This document shows positions 1-9,996 of a stretch of 64,000 bases of DNA, in pieces (the first letter of the stretch is position 1; each line of letters begins with the position of its first letter). A program made the translations under genes and the position numbers. The notes beneath the pieces were generated by a model. The model had not been told where the DNA came from, ran no database searches, and was given only the letters and a program-made list of their open reading frames with translations. This DNA is from Candidatus Pelearchaeum maunauluense. GTDB lineage: Archaea; Thermoproteota; Nitrososphaeria_A; Caldarchaeales; Caldarchaeaceae. The stretch covers positions 175,184-239,183 of the forward strand of contig JANVYQ010000002.1 of NCBI GenBank assembly GCA_030059675.1, given 5' to 3'.

Positions 1-680
1 TTACCGTCGAGTTCTTCCACGACGTGTTATGTGCTTAGTGTTATTGCCTATTTCCCCGCATGAGGAGAATAGTTGCTAAATTTCCTCAAGTTGAGGTAGT
101 TCACAGGTGTTTTGCCCTGGCACCTGAGCCCGATAGCGTAGCGAGGATATTCGGTAGCAAGGAAAGGGGCAAGAAAGAGATAATGCGACATTGGAGGGCT
201 GCAAATATGAACGACGATGAGCATAGGATAAATGCGGACCTTATGGAGAGCAGAGAGTTTGACTATCCGTACTCTATGCCGGGTCTGAAGGCGTGTAAAG
301 CAGCCGAAATCCACAGGGGGCAGTTAGGACACTGGGATATGTTCGACAGGGTACAGAAGGCCCATCTCACTGAGTGCAGTAACATATCGGAAACTAGAGT
401 TCTAGTAAACTGCGCAATTGATATAGGCCTAGACGTTAATAGGTTCGTTAACGACCTCAACAGCGAGAGAGTTAGTTACATGGTTTGGAGGGATATAGAG
501 GAGGCTAGGAAGCTAAATATATACGCCGTCCCAACCCCAGTTATAAACAGGAGATATATCGTACAAGGAGCAATTAACACGAGTATCTTAGAACTTATCT
601 TTGAACAGCTCGTGGAGACGGGTGAGGTGCTAACACCGTTCTCCGGCGTTGTAGCTATTTTAAAAGGTGGTAAGGCGTGA
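1..680 (+). pseudogene. DsbA/FrnE-family thiol-disulfide oxidoreductase, 5' end outside the window, with a premature TAG in the CxxC motif
   Basis: Frame from nt 3 reads TVEFFHDVLCA*CY (TAG at 36-38 where C-x-W-C is expected), then continues into ORF 60..680 with the cis-Pro loop AVPT. Confidence 0.8.
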
Positions 681-911
681 CGCATTATCTAGCTAAAGCA
701 AAGCCCATTAACGGTAAATTCGACGAATTTTATTTGGATTTTTGTTTGATTGTTGTCAAGATGGGGAGACGAAAGACCTTTTAACCAGAAGAAGCATACT
801 TCATTAGCAGCTAAGCCAAAGCCCTTCTAACGAGATAGTTGGGGAGGGCTTGATGGGAATAATATAGAATTATCCCAAAAAGGATTTGTCATAGAACTAG
901 TTGCTATGTTA

Positions 912-1404
912 TCATACTCCAATCCTCAGCATTACTACTAACAAGATAACTATTACGCCGAGGATTATGTTTATCTCCGACATTACTTTTATGTTCTTTT
1001 GAGCTTTCTGAGCGTATTCAGGAGAAGCACCTTTAGCAAGCTTTAGACTCATCTTGGTTATAGCTAATCCGATTACAACCATAATTAGAAATATTGACAT
1101 TTTAGCAAGTAATATTAAGCCATATGTGATTGTTAATAGGACACTGAGCGTCAGGGCACCCAATAATTAGCTTTAATTAAGCCCGTTATCGCTACAAGTA
1201 TAATCGCTCCCCAGACTAGGGGCATGAAACGCTTCACAAGGGCCTGATTAATTAGTCTAGCTTGTTCTAGCGAACGATTACTAACTGGGTTAACCGGCTT
1301 AAGAGCCGGCTGTAAGATCACATCAAAGAATATTGCACCATCCATCCAAAAATAACCGCTATCAGATGCAACCAGCCGAGTATTAGATTGATAAAATCGA
1401 CCAA
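912..1404 (-). pseudogene. Frameshifted CopD-like integral membrane protein
   Basis: Three consecutive hydrophobic segments lie in different frames: WLHLIAVIF, GAIFFDVILQPAL...RFMPLVWGAIILVAITG and TYGLILLAKM. Confidence 0.6.
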
Positions 1405-1418
1405 GCCTATCTCCTTAA

Positions 1419-1680
1419 GTGGTAAGTTTAGCAATGGTGGCTTCATCAACGAAGCATATGAACTCTGCGGAAAGTTATAAGCGCGTAATGGATTACTACG
1501 CATACGTAGCTAGAAACGACTTGGCGGTAGTTACCGCACAAACCGATGTAAAAGGCGATAGGTCGAAAAGACCTCATGAGCAGGTAGACCCTGCTCTTTA
1601 CTTAAAGGTAGATGAGGTCACCGATGAGGACATAGTGGTTTCAGGGGCCAGGGCTCACACGACCCAAAGCATTGCAGTGG
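1419..1680 (+). pseudogene. Internal fragment of a 4-hydroxybutyryl-CoA dehydratase / 4-hydroxyphenylacetate 3-hydroxylase family gene
   Basis: Family motifs AQTDVKGDRSKRPHEQ and IVVSGARAHTT are present, but only ~80 aa of a ~480-aa protein. Confidence 0.75.
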
Positions 1681-2267
1681 ATCTCAGGCGCGTTGCACTG
1701 ATAAACGCAGCTAGAAACTGTTATCTTATGCTTCCTCGGGAGATTCGAGTACTTCCTATTGCCGTATATGTAATTTGCTATTTCGTAAACTGTCGGTCTA
1801 GTATCGAACAACTCCTCCGGGTTTACTCCAGCTAACGGGTAGCCTGTTACATTTCTAACTACATCACCACACCCACCAGCGGTAGTCAGCCCACCCTCCG
1901 ACAGAAGAGAGAAGACCTCAGGTACGTCCTCCATCCTTATCCAATGGAGCTGTATGTTCTGCCTATTCGCTATCTCCGCGTAACCCCTACCGAAGTGCTC
2001 CGATATCTCACCTATAACCCGTGCCTGCTCTGGTTTCAGAATTCCGTTTGGTATCTTTATTCTCATCATGAAGTACCCTAACCTCGGCTTGTCGTGATAA
2101 AGTCCCCACCATTGAAGCCTCACCATGTCTTCTTCCGCTACAGCCTCGTAACCTCTCTCCATCAGCTCTAGAACTTCGTCTAAGACGTCTAAAGGGGGAA
2201 CTTCTCGGCCTTCATTCTCTCTAGGGTTTCGCCTTATTACTTCCTCGTAGCTAGGCTCGCTAGACAT
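1641..2267 (-). pseudogene. N-terminal half of a ferredoxin nitrite/sulfite reductase, truncated
   Basis: LQWWGLYHD, FMMRIKIPNG, RQNIQLHWI, GGCGDVVRNV and NLPRKHKI are present. The C-terminal siroheme/[4Fe-4S] half is missing. Confidence 0.8.
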
Positions 2268-2303
2268 GGCTTTTTAAATCACCTGTTACTGTCCCCCTAT
2301 TAT

Positions 2304-2314
2304 CTTTATATAAA
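2304..2314. promoter_or_regulatory. TATA box between divergent genes
   Basis: TTTATATAAA lies ~25-30 nt upstream of the DUF54 reading frame. Confidence 0.55.
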
Positions 2315-2334
2315 TCTAATCCAATAGCACTCTT

Positions 2335-2718
2335 ATTGTTATCAGGGTAGAGGCTCCAGTCTATTTAACCGAGGATGAAGAGAAGGTAGTTGAAGCAATA
2401 AAGAACATCTTTCCAAAATTCAATATTTCCTCCACCCAATATGAAGATTTGACAATACTCCATGGAGAAGGAAGCGGCCGCGAGCTTTTGGAGAAGCTAC
2501 GTATGGTTATACGGTCGCGACGGATAAGAGCAGCTGCGCGTTCCTTCATGATGCAGAGAATAGACGATGGTATTCTTGTTTTTCTCTTAAATAAGCAAGC
2601 CGCCTCTGTGGGAAAAGTATCATTCTGCGAAAACGCGCAAGAAACCCCATTAGGCGCGATTAAGGTTACTATAAAGGGCGAAGGATTACGCGACTTGGTT
2701 GAGTGGCTTACAGAATAA
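2335..2718 (+). CDS. UPF0201/DUF54 putative RNA-binding protein, possibly with a non-canonical start
   Basis: The conserved N-terminus IRVEAPVYLTEDEEKVVEAIKNIFP lies in frame upstream of ORF 2449, and the motif LNKQAASVGKVSF is present. Confidence 0.8.
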   Translation: MVIRVEAPVYLTEDEEKVVEAIKNIFPKFNISSTQYEDLTILHGEGSGRELLEKLRMVIRSRRIRAAARSFMMQRIDDGILVFLLNKQAASVGKVSFCENAQETPLGAIKVTIKGEGLRDLVEWLTE

Positions 2719-2720
2719 GA

Positions 2721-3644
2721 CTAATCTTCGGGATATGGGATGGAATAGCTCAGCAAATCCTCGGCTAGATAAGCATTAGAGAAAATGGTCCTTGCTTCTC
2801 TCACTAGTATCTCCGCATCCTCCTCATATCGGGGGCTTATGTGATATAAGTAAAGCATTTTAACGCCTGCCCGTGCAGCGACTTCAGCTGCTTGCCGCGC
2901 AGTAGAATGCCCATCTTCAACCGCTTTTTTAACCATATCATCATTAAACGTAGAATCGTGAATAAGAACATCAGCTTCTTGAGCAGCATTAATGATAGAC
3001 TCGCATGGCCGCGTATCGCCTGTATAGACTATTTTCCTACCACGCCTACGCGGACCTACGGCCTCTTCAGGAGTTATAATCCGCCCACCATAATTGATCG
3101 ACTGACCGCGCTGAAGCCTACCCCATAGAGGCCCCCGCGGGATGCCAAGCTTCTCCAAATACTCGACATTCATCTTGCCAGGCCTATCCCTCTCCTGAAC
3201 TACATAACAATAACTCTCGATAACATGATCCGCTGGAACGCATCTAATGCTCAAACCTCTTCTCTCGATTGTGAGGAAGGGTGAGACTGTATGGACTCTG
3301 ACTGGAAATGTTAAAGCACCTAGCCTATGCGATATTACAGTCTCTAGATATTCGGCCAATCCTCTGGGGCCGTAGATATCCACGGGCGCCTCGCGGTCTA
3401 GCATACCCATGGTGTATAGAAGGCCGGGGAGACCTAGGACGTGGTCGCCGTGCATATGGGTTATGAAGATTGTGAAGTTTTGTTTAAAGCCTAATCTACT
3501 CTTTATGAATTGGCGTTGTGTCCCCTCTCCGCAGTCGAATAACATTACTCCACCCGCGTAGCGTATTGCGGTAGCTGGAAGGCCGCGTGAGGTTGTTGGC
3601 ATACCTCCCCCTGTTCCGAGGAAGACTAAGCGCATTTCAGTCAT
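2721..3644 (-). CDS. rnz: Ribonuclease Z
   Basis: LGTGGGMP, DCGEGTQ, THMHGDH, exosite GPLWGRLQ, YTGDTRP and GHSTA. Confidence 0.95.
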   Translation of the reverse strand: MTEMRLVFLGTGGGMPTTSRGLPATAIRYAGGVMLFDCGEGTQRQFIKSRLGFKQNFTIFITHMHGDHVLGLPGLLYTMGMLDREAPVDIYGPRGLAEYLETVISHRLGALTFPVRVHTVSPFLTIERRGLSIRCVPADHVIESYCYVVQERDRPGKMNVEYLEKLGIPRGPLWGRLQRGQSINYGGRIITPEEAVGPRRRGRKIVYTGDTRPCESIINAAQEADVLIHDSTFNDDMVKKAVEDGHSTARQAAEVAARAGVKMLYLYHISPRYEEDAEILVREARTIFSNAYLAEDLLSYSIPYPED

Positions 3645-4678
3645 CGCTGTAACACCACAATCTCACGTGTCAGGCTCTTATGGACATAAACGCTGTAAGA
3701 TTCCAATAAATTAAATCCAGACCTATCAGCCATGTCAGCTATTCCACTACCCCGCGGGTAGGCCATGACTATCTTGCCATCTCTAGCGAGTAGATAATCA
3801 ACTTCTGATAGAAAGCGATTTATTAAATTGGTAAAAGATTTGCCTGGAATTGTGGAGGAGCGGCCATAAGGCGGGTCTGTTACTACGGCGTCAAATTCTG
3901 CTCTAAGAGGGGCTTTTCTTGCATCAGCTTGGATGATATTCTCACGACTAGGTATGTATGTGGATAGGTTAGTTAATGCGCCTCTGCATATCCATCCTTT
4001 GAGTTCAAGACCTATAGCTATATGGCCCATAAGCGCTGCCTCTATAAGTATAGAACCAGTCCCGGCAAAGGGGTCAAGTATCTTGTCATCTACACTGCCC
4101 ACAGCCAGATTTACCATACATCTAGAGAGCTTGGGCTGCAAAGCAGATGGTATGGTGAATGGTCTTTTCCCAGCCCGCCTCTCATTAAACCCCTTTCCAA
4201 CCAATACATTTTTCATCAGACCAATAACAAATGCATTAGGAGATACTATTACAGAGAAAATAAAATCGGGATTGGTAAGGTTTAGTTTTAATCCAACATT
4301 TTGAGCAAGTATGTTGGATGCGAGACGTTTTTCAATCTCCATGGAATCAACATCCACGCCTTCAATCCTAAATACGCGACATCTAAAACTTCGTCCATAA
4401 ACTCCCGATGAAACCGAATCACCAATAACTACTTCATTAACGGCATTCTTAAACTCATTACTCCTGCCCCACGCTATAGCTATCCCAGAAAGTTTGGTGT
4501 ATGCGGTCCGCTGCATTAGTTTATCTATTTTGTCTGGCGGGAGATTGGATAGCGCTATACGCTGGTCTAAAAGCGATGGCCTCTCTTTATGCGAGAGCAT
4601 ATTATGCAGGGCACATAACTCACCATAAGCGAGAGTTGGGTTTTCGCCTGATAATAAGAAAAATGATGAATAGCCCAT
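3641..4678 (-). CDS. trm11: tRNA (guanine(10)-N2)-dimethyltransferase (THUMP + MTase domains)
   Basis: LSRCMVNL, LDPFAGTGS and TDPPYGRS. Confidence 0.85.
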   Translation of the reverse strand: MGYSSFFLLSGENPTLAYGELCALHNMLSHKERPSLLDQRIALSNLPPDKIDKLMQRTAYTKLSGIAIAWGRSNEFKNAVNEVVIGDSVSSGVYGRSFRCRVFRIEGVDVDSMEIEKRLASNILAQNVGLKLNLTNPDFIFSVIVSPNAFVIGLMKNVLVGKGFNERRAGKRPFTIPSALQPKLSRCMVNLAVGSVDDKILDPFAGTGSILIEAALMGHIAIGLELKGWICRGALTNLSTYIPSRENIIQADARKAPLRAEFDAVVTDPPYGRSSTIPGKSFTNLINRFLSEVDYLLARDGKIVMAYPRGSGIADMADRSGFNLLESYSVYVHKSLTREIVVLQR

Positions 4679-4690
4679 TTGGCATCTTCA

Positions 4691-5575
4691 TTATTCTCTC
4701 TTTACATGCTGGGCTATTAGTGAAGCTATATCAACTTCCGCATATCTGTTGGGTATTGTATTTGTAGCTACTAGCTTTTCCGCTCCAGCTTCTAGAAGTC
4801 TTTTATCAGCATCACCAACCATCAACGCATGGATGCAACTCACTACTATTCTCCCAGACCCGAGCTTCTTCAGAGTTTTTACAGTTTTAATAGCTGTCCC
4901 GCCAGTGCTTATAATATCATCCACAAACAAAACGTCCCTATCCTTAACATCTGCCTCAATGATTACTTTTACCTCTCCAGTATGTGTATTGCGCTCGCTA
5001 CGCACTGGAGCAAAGTCCGTTCCTATTTCCTTAGCAGCTATAGATGCCATAGCCTCGCCTTTTTTACCAGGCGATATTATTAATGGGTCGCTTAAGCCTA
5101 GGTTATGTGTATATTTTGCCAGCAATCCTGTGGCGTCAAGATTTGCTACAGGTATTGGGGTGTGTTGAAGTATCCAGGGAGAGTGTATATTCACTGTAAT
5201 TATCTCATCTATGCCAGCGTATTTAAACATCTTTAATATCGTCTCTATACTTATGGCTTCACCTTCGAGGAATCTCTTATCCTGTCTCGCGTATGCCATG
5301 TATGGAATTATAGCTACTATACGAGAGGCGCCCAGATTCTTCAGGTTATCCACCATGAGCAAGAGTTGCATTATATGCCTGTCCTGTGGTGGGTGAGTGC
5401 CCTGAACTATAGCTACTTCTCTTCCTTCCACGCTGCTCTCCAGCCTTAGATAAGACTCGCCATCAGGAAATAGCTTGAACTCCAGCTTTCCCAGCTCCAG
5501 CTGGGCTAGTCTGGCTATCGCCTCCCCAAGCTCGCGTGATGCTGGGCCAGGAATCAGAAGCACGAGAAACACCAT
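4691..5575 (-). CDS. prs: Ribose-phosphate pyrophosphokinase
   Basis: FPDGESY, PYMAYARQD and VDDIISTGGT. Confidence 0.95.
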   Translation of the reverse strand: MVFLVLLIPGPASRELGEAIARLAQLELGKLEFKLFPDGESYLRLESSVEGREVAIVQGTHPPQDRHIMQLLLMVDNLKNLGASRIVAIIPYMAYARQDKRFLEGEAISIETILKMFKYAGIDEIITVNIHSPWILQHTPIPVANLDATGLLAKYTHNLGLSDPLIISPGKKGEAMASIAAKEIGTDFAPVRSERNTHTGEVKVIIEADVKDRDVLFVDDIISTGGTAIKTVKTLKKLGSGRIVVSCIHALMVGDADKRLLEAGAEKLVATNTIPNRYAEVDIASLIAQHVKRE

Positions 5576-5616
5576 AATAAGTACGAAAAGCCAAAATAAA
5601 GAGTATGAAGCTAAGG

Positions 5617-6327
5617 CTATTCTAGAATTATCTCAAGCCGCCTATTTCTCTTCCCCTTATTCTCCAGCTTGGCGAGTTTTATAGAACCTACTTCACGCGT
5701 GTTTTTTACATGTGTCCCGCCGTCAAGCTGGGCGTCAAAGCCAGCGATTTCTACTATACGTAGGACTGGCTCGTTTGGTATTAGGTCTGGCCTCACTCTT
5801 ATAAGCCCGCTCATGGCCAGCGCTTCTTCACGGCTTACGAAACGGTAAACCACGTCTCTACCCTCTCCAACTATCTTATTCGCAAGTTCAATTATCTCTG
5901 CCGCCTTTTCTTTGTTGAGAGATTCAAGCGATATATCCATACGTGCTCTATCTCTATATATCTGGCTACCTGTTATCTGTACATCAGAACCATAAAGATG
6001 ATAAACCGCACCACTGATTATATGGAGTGCTGTGTGATGCCGCATATGGGCGTAGCGCAGCTCCCAGTCTATAACCGCCCTAGCTATATCACCTACATCA
6101 GGTTTCTGGTCTGGAATAATATGGATAACTTTACCAGAGTCTTTAACTACTTCAGTAACTTCATATATAGAATCACCGACGACTAGTTTCCCCCTATCAC
6201 TTGGCTGCCCTCCTCCGCGTGGATAGAAAATAGTCCTATCAAGAACTACTCCAGCGTCTAAGACTTCCATCACCTTGGCGTCAGCCTCGCGTAGGTAGCT
6301 GTCTTTAAGATAGATGAGCTCAGTCAT
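5617..6327 (-). CDS. alaXM: Alanyl-tRNA editing protein AlaX-M
   Basis: FYPRGGGQPSD, HTALH and DGGTHV. Confidence 0.9.
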   Translation of the reverse strand: MTELIYLKDSYLREADAKVMEVLDAGVVLDRTIFYPRGGGQPSDRGKLVVGDSIYEVTEVVKDSGKVIHIIPDQKPDVGDIARAVIDWELRYAHMRHHTALHIISGAVYHLYGSDVQITGSQIYRDRARMDISLESLNKEKAAEIIELANKIVGEGRDVVYRFVSREEALAMSGLIRVRPDLIPNEPVLRIVEIAGFDAQLDGGTHVKNTREVGSIKLAKLENKGKRNRRLEIILE

Positions 6328-6408
6328 ATCCTACGCACACACGCCAACTCCGCTCTACGTGTTTCCTGAGAAAGCTTATATACGTTTTGCACTACTACTT
6401 GAATAGGG

Positions 6409-6555
6409 ATGAGCGAAACAATCCAGAGAGAGCTTGAAGAGTTGAAGCTACCGATATGCGAGTCAACGTTGATGCCAGTCTTCGACGAATATACGTACAT
6501 CCACCACAACGCAATAGATATCGGCGTCTTCAAATACATAGAGCGCGCGCCATAA
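6409..6555 (+). CDS. Small hypothetical protein (48 aa), not in the ORF track
   Basis: Complete ATG..TAA frame MSETIQRELEELKLPICESTLMPVFDEYTYIHHNAIDIGVFKYIERAP with TTATATA ~30 nt upstream. It fills the gap before 6579. Confidence 0.55.
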   Translation: MSETIQRELEELKLPICESTLMPVFDEYTYIHHNAIDIGVFKYIERAP

Positions 6556-6578
6556 CAACATAGGGGTAACTAGGCTGC

Positions 6579-7319
6579 ATGTCTTACGGCTACGACGAGT
6601 TCGAGTCAAAGGTCGGACAGTTTATCTATACAATGGTTATGTATGAACGTCTCAAGGAATATCTCTTAGAGAGGGTTAAAGGCAGGGGTAAGGTCTCTTT
6701 AAGGATAAACTTGGGAACAGATAAGTCTGGGAACACTGTATTCATGGATGTTATGCTTACTGCTGTGAAACCTCAGATGATAACGCCTTCAGTCGAGGAA
6801 TCTAGGTGGAAGGGCCGTAAAACGCTGATTATGGTTTTAACTAATAGCGAAAATCTAAGTGGAGATTCGCGGCAGATGGCTGAAGAGATGGAGCGCCTGT
6901 TGCTGGAGAGCTTGCGGTGGTGGCATGGTTATTTTGGGGAGCGTGATAAGCTTAAGCTGGGTAGCTGGAAACCTGATGTTGTAATGATGCTTGATGCAGA
7001 GAGCGCCGAAGTGATAGCAGAAATACCAGTGGAGAGGATAGTAATTCCACCCAATAGGAGAGTAACGCTATCTCCTGAAAAACTGGAGAAGCTTTCGCAA
7101 TACGTTGATTTACTCTCTCCCATAACTGTTAGAACTGCCGAATCAGGCTTCTATGAGCTTGTAACAGGCTATCCCCAGCTCGCTGTATATGTGGAGAAGC
7201 TAGGAGCAGATACCGTGAAGGCGCGCGTGCTGGATATAAGTGAAGAGGATGCTGAGAGAATATACGAGGCGTCATCCGCTACTATGAACAAGCTCGTGGA
7301 ACTTCTCACATCATCTTAA
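6579..7319 (+). CDS. Hypothetical protein with a C-terminal ParB/Srx-like domain
   Basis: IPVERIVIPPNRR...LLSPITVR...YELVTGYPQLA...VKARVLDISEEDA matches the ParB-N pattern, but GxxR is replaced. Confidence 0.65.
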   Translation: MSYGYDEFESKVGQFIYTMVMYERLKEYLLERVKGRGKVSLRINLGTDKSGNTVFMDVMLTAVKPQMITPSVEESRWKGRKTLIMVLTNSENLSGDSRQMAEEMERLLLESLRWWHGYFGERDKLKLGSWKPDVVMMLDAESAEVIAEIPVERIVIPPNRRVTLSPEKLEKLSQYVDLLSPITVRTAESGFYELVTGYPQLAVYVEKLGADTVKARVLDISEEDAERIYEASSATMNKLVELLTSS

Positions 7320-7346
7320 TAGCCATCCAACACAGCATAAACCACC

Positions 7347-7844
7347 ATGGATATAAGCAGTAAAATCAGGCGAATACAGGGACTATTCGTGGAAAAGCCA
7401 GTTAATTTCTCATGGGTAAATGATAGAATTGCGGCAAGCGGCTTGCCAGCAGGGATTAAACATCTAACATGGCTTAAAAAACAAGGAATAACGGCTATAC
7501 TGACGTTGACCGAAAAATCCCTAAATCTGGAAGATATACGTCGGCTGGATTTTGAATACCGTCATATCCCGATGCAAGACCTCAAACCTCCAACTGTTGA
7601 GAAATTAGTTGAGGCAAGCACTTTCATTCGTTTGATAACATCAAGAGGTGGCCGTGTTCTTGTTCATTGCGCCGCTGGACTTGGTAGGACAGGAACCGTT
7701 TTGGCAGCCTATTTTATGTTGGAGAATAATCTCAACCCAGAAGATGCGATAAGGTATGTGAGGCGTATTAGGCCAGGTTCTATTGAGGCTGGTCAAGAGA
7801 AGGCTTTATGGGAGCTTGATAAGCTTAGGAGAGCTGGCTCTTAA
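7347..7844 (+). CDS. Dual-specificity protein phosphatase
   Basis: P-loop VHCAAGLGRTG and C-terminal RPGSIE. Confidence 0.92.
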   Translation: MDISSKIRRIQGLFVEKPVNFSWVNDRIAASGLPAGIKHLTWLKKQGITAILTLTEKSLNLEDIRRLDFEYRHIPMQDLKPPTVEKLVEASTFIRLITSRGGRVLVHCAAGLGRTGTVLAAYFMLENNLNPEDAIRYVRRIRPGSIEAGQEKALWELDKLRRAGS

Positions 7845-9996
7845 TCTGGTCTGCCAGCTTCGGCCCTATAGTTGGTATGCGCGCCAGCTCCTCACGTGAT
7901 GCGCGGCGTAGGTCGTCAAGTGTCTTGAAGCCGTGGTCATAGAGGTTTCTAGCCCTAACCCTGCCTATGCCGTGAAGCTTTGTTAAAAGGAGAAGTTCTT
8001 GCTTTACGCCATGCTCTAGTCTTCCTGAAAGAACCTCAAACGCCTTATGATATGGTGTGCGCTCCAAAATACGCGTAAGCTGGGAAGCAGCATAAGATAT
8101 CCATGCGCATCTTTCTCTTAAAACTGCCAAATCACCAGGCTCGACTCTAAATCTCTCATACATTTCAGATTCGCTCATCTCCTCAATCCAGGCCTTCATA
8201 ATATACACAAGCTTCATAGACTCCATAAACTCCTCATAACGCTCAGGCTCATCTAGGGGGTCTGGAATGTCAATGAGATAATCCTTATTGCTCTCTATGA
8301 ATGTCTCCAAAAGAGCCTCCCCAACTTTAACAGCGGAGATTTGGGGTATGTCGGGAGTTGAGCAGATTACCTGAAGAAGAGTTACGTCATTTATCCCACT
8401 AGGCTCCTGGCCTGTTAGCTCGATTATTTTGACGGCAGTAAGCGGGTCTATATAGAGCTCCGATACCCTCTTTCCTAATCTAGTCGCCACTAGCGTCTCG
8501 CCGCTATCTGCTATGAATCCCGCCCTCGTTAAGAAATTTAGAGCTTGAATTATCCTCTCATACGCCCCATAGCTTCCGTACTGGAAGGAGAAGAGAGTTT
8601 TGGAGAAGAATCGTTTAAGTTCATCAACGCTACCAACAGCGTTTGACGCCACCAAAGCCAAGACATGAGTCCTAAGATGCCTCTCACTACCCAAGCGAGA
8701 CCATATACGTTCAGGTTTCCCCAGTAGATACTTTTCGAAAATGAGACGCTTATCATCCTCTCTTCGCGCAATTGTTATCGCATATCCTACCGCGTCAAAA
8801 CCAGGCCTCCCTGCCCTCCCACAAAACTGCTTATACTCTGTGACGCTTATCTGTCTCATCCCCTGCGCTATCTCATAACGCCAAAGTTCGGGTATTATCA
8901 CGGTTCGTGCAGGGAGATTAACTCCAGCCGCGAGTGTGGGTGTTGCTGCAATTATCTTCAGCTTTCTCTCGCGAAATAATTTTTCTACAACTCGTCTATG
9001 TTGGTATCCCAGACCTGCATGATGGAACGAAGCGCCGCGCGAGATTATACGTGCAAGTCGTTCGGTGAAGCTCGACTTCTCGGTTTGCTCGGTTAATTCA
9101 TGGACAGCTTCTCCGAGGGCTTGTATGTCTTCTTCTGTTAAGGTGTCAAGACGACGAGCTAAAGCGTCTGCTGCCTTCTCGGCATAAGACTCAGCTCTCT
9201 TTCTAGTCATTGCAAATATTATGGCCTGTCCTCCATCAATCACTGTTTTCAACGCTATCGCTATGGCTGGGTCATAGTCCAGCTGCTCAATCTCCATTAC
9301 ACCATCATCTACGAATTCTATCTCCCCTCCGTAGAATACGCCCTCACGCAACGGGACTGGACGCCATTCCATTTCTATTAGCTCCGAGTCAAGCCATTCG
9401 GATATCTCATCAGCGTTTCGCGCTGTGGCGCTTAAGGCTAGAAACTGGGCCTGTGGGATTGCGTCTATTAATCGTGTGAGCGTCATTTCGAGTGTTGGAC
9501 CTCTATCAGGCTCTCCAAGTAGGTGAATCTCATCGGCCACCACCAGTGTAAGGTTGTTAATCCATGAGGCTCTATGGCGTATGAGGCTGTCAGCCTTTTC
9601 GTTGGTTGCTATTATAACATCATAGTTTGCCAGCCAGGGGTCTGAAGAATCATAATCGCCAGTACTGGCAGCTACGGTGAAGCCGTCTAGTTCTGTAAAG
9701 AAACGTCTAAACTCTTCAAGTTTTTCCGACGCTAGAGCACGTAGTGGTGTTAGGTAGATGCATTTACCGCCATTTCTGAGATGTTGGTACGCCGCCATCA
9801 TTGCTATCAAGGTCTTACCAGACGCGGTGGGCGTGGCCACCATAATATTTCGCCTATCAAGAAGCCCGCGCTCTAGAGCCTCTGCCTGTGGTGGATAAAG
9901 AGACGATATACCAAATGACCTTAGCCTATCTCTAAGCTCTTCAGGCAGGCTTGCCTTCTCCAAGCTGAGAAACGAGCTACGCAACCTTATACGCAC
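7825..9996 (-). CDS. hel308: Ski2-like helicase Hel308/Hjm
   Basis: PTASGKT, DEIH, TLAAGVNLPA, GRAGRPG and a C-terminal HhH (GIGRVRAR). Confidence 0.93.
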   Translation of the reverse strand: MRIRLRSSFLSLEKASLPEELRDRLRSFGISSLYPPQAEALERGLLDRRNIMVATPTASGKTLIAMMAAYQHLRNGGKCIYLTPLRALASEKLEEFRRFFTELDGFTVAASTGDYDSSDPWLANYDVIIATNEKADSLIRHRASWINNLTLVVADEIHLLGEPDRGPTLEMTLTRLIDAIPQAQFLALSATARNADEISEWLDSELIEMEWRPVPLREGVFYGGEIEFVDDGVMEIEQLDYDPAIAIALKTVIDGGQAIIFAMTRKRAESYAEKAADALARRLDTLTEEDIQALGEAVHELTEQTEKSSFTERLARIISRGASFHHAGLGYQHRRVVEKLFRERKLKIIAATPTLAAGVNLPARTVIIPELWRYEIAQGMRQISVTEYKQFCGRAGRPGFDAVGYAITIARREDDKRLIFEKYLLGKPERIWSRLGSERHLRTHVLALVASNAVGSVDELKRFFSKTLFSFQYGSYGAYERIIQALNFLTRAGFIADSGETLVATRLGKRVSELYIDPLTAVKIIELTGQEPSGINDVTLLQVICSTPDIPQISAVKVGEALLETFIESNKDYLIDIPDPLDEPERYEEFMESMKLVYIMKAWIEEMSESEMYERFRVEPGDLAVLRERCAWISYAASQLTRILERTPYHKAFEVLSGRLEHGVKQELLLLTKLHGIGRVRARNLYDHGFKTLDDLRRASREELARIPTIGPKLADQIKSQLS

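Noticed and set aside
819-851. Hairpin AAGCCCT...AGGGCTT as an IS200/IS605 end
   Set aside because: No tnpA/tnpB is nearby, and it could equally be a terminator between convergent genes.
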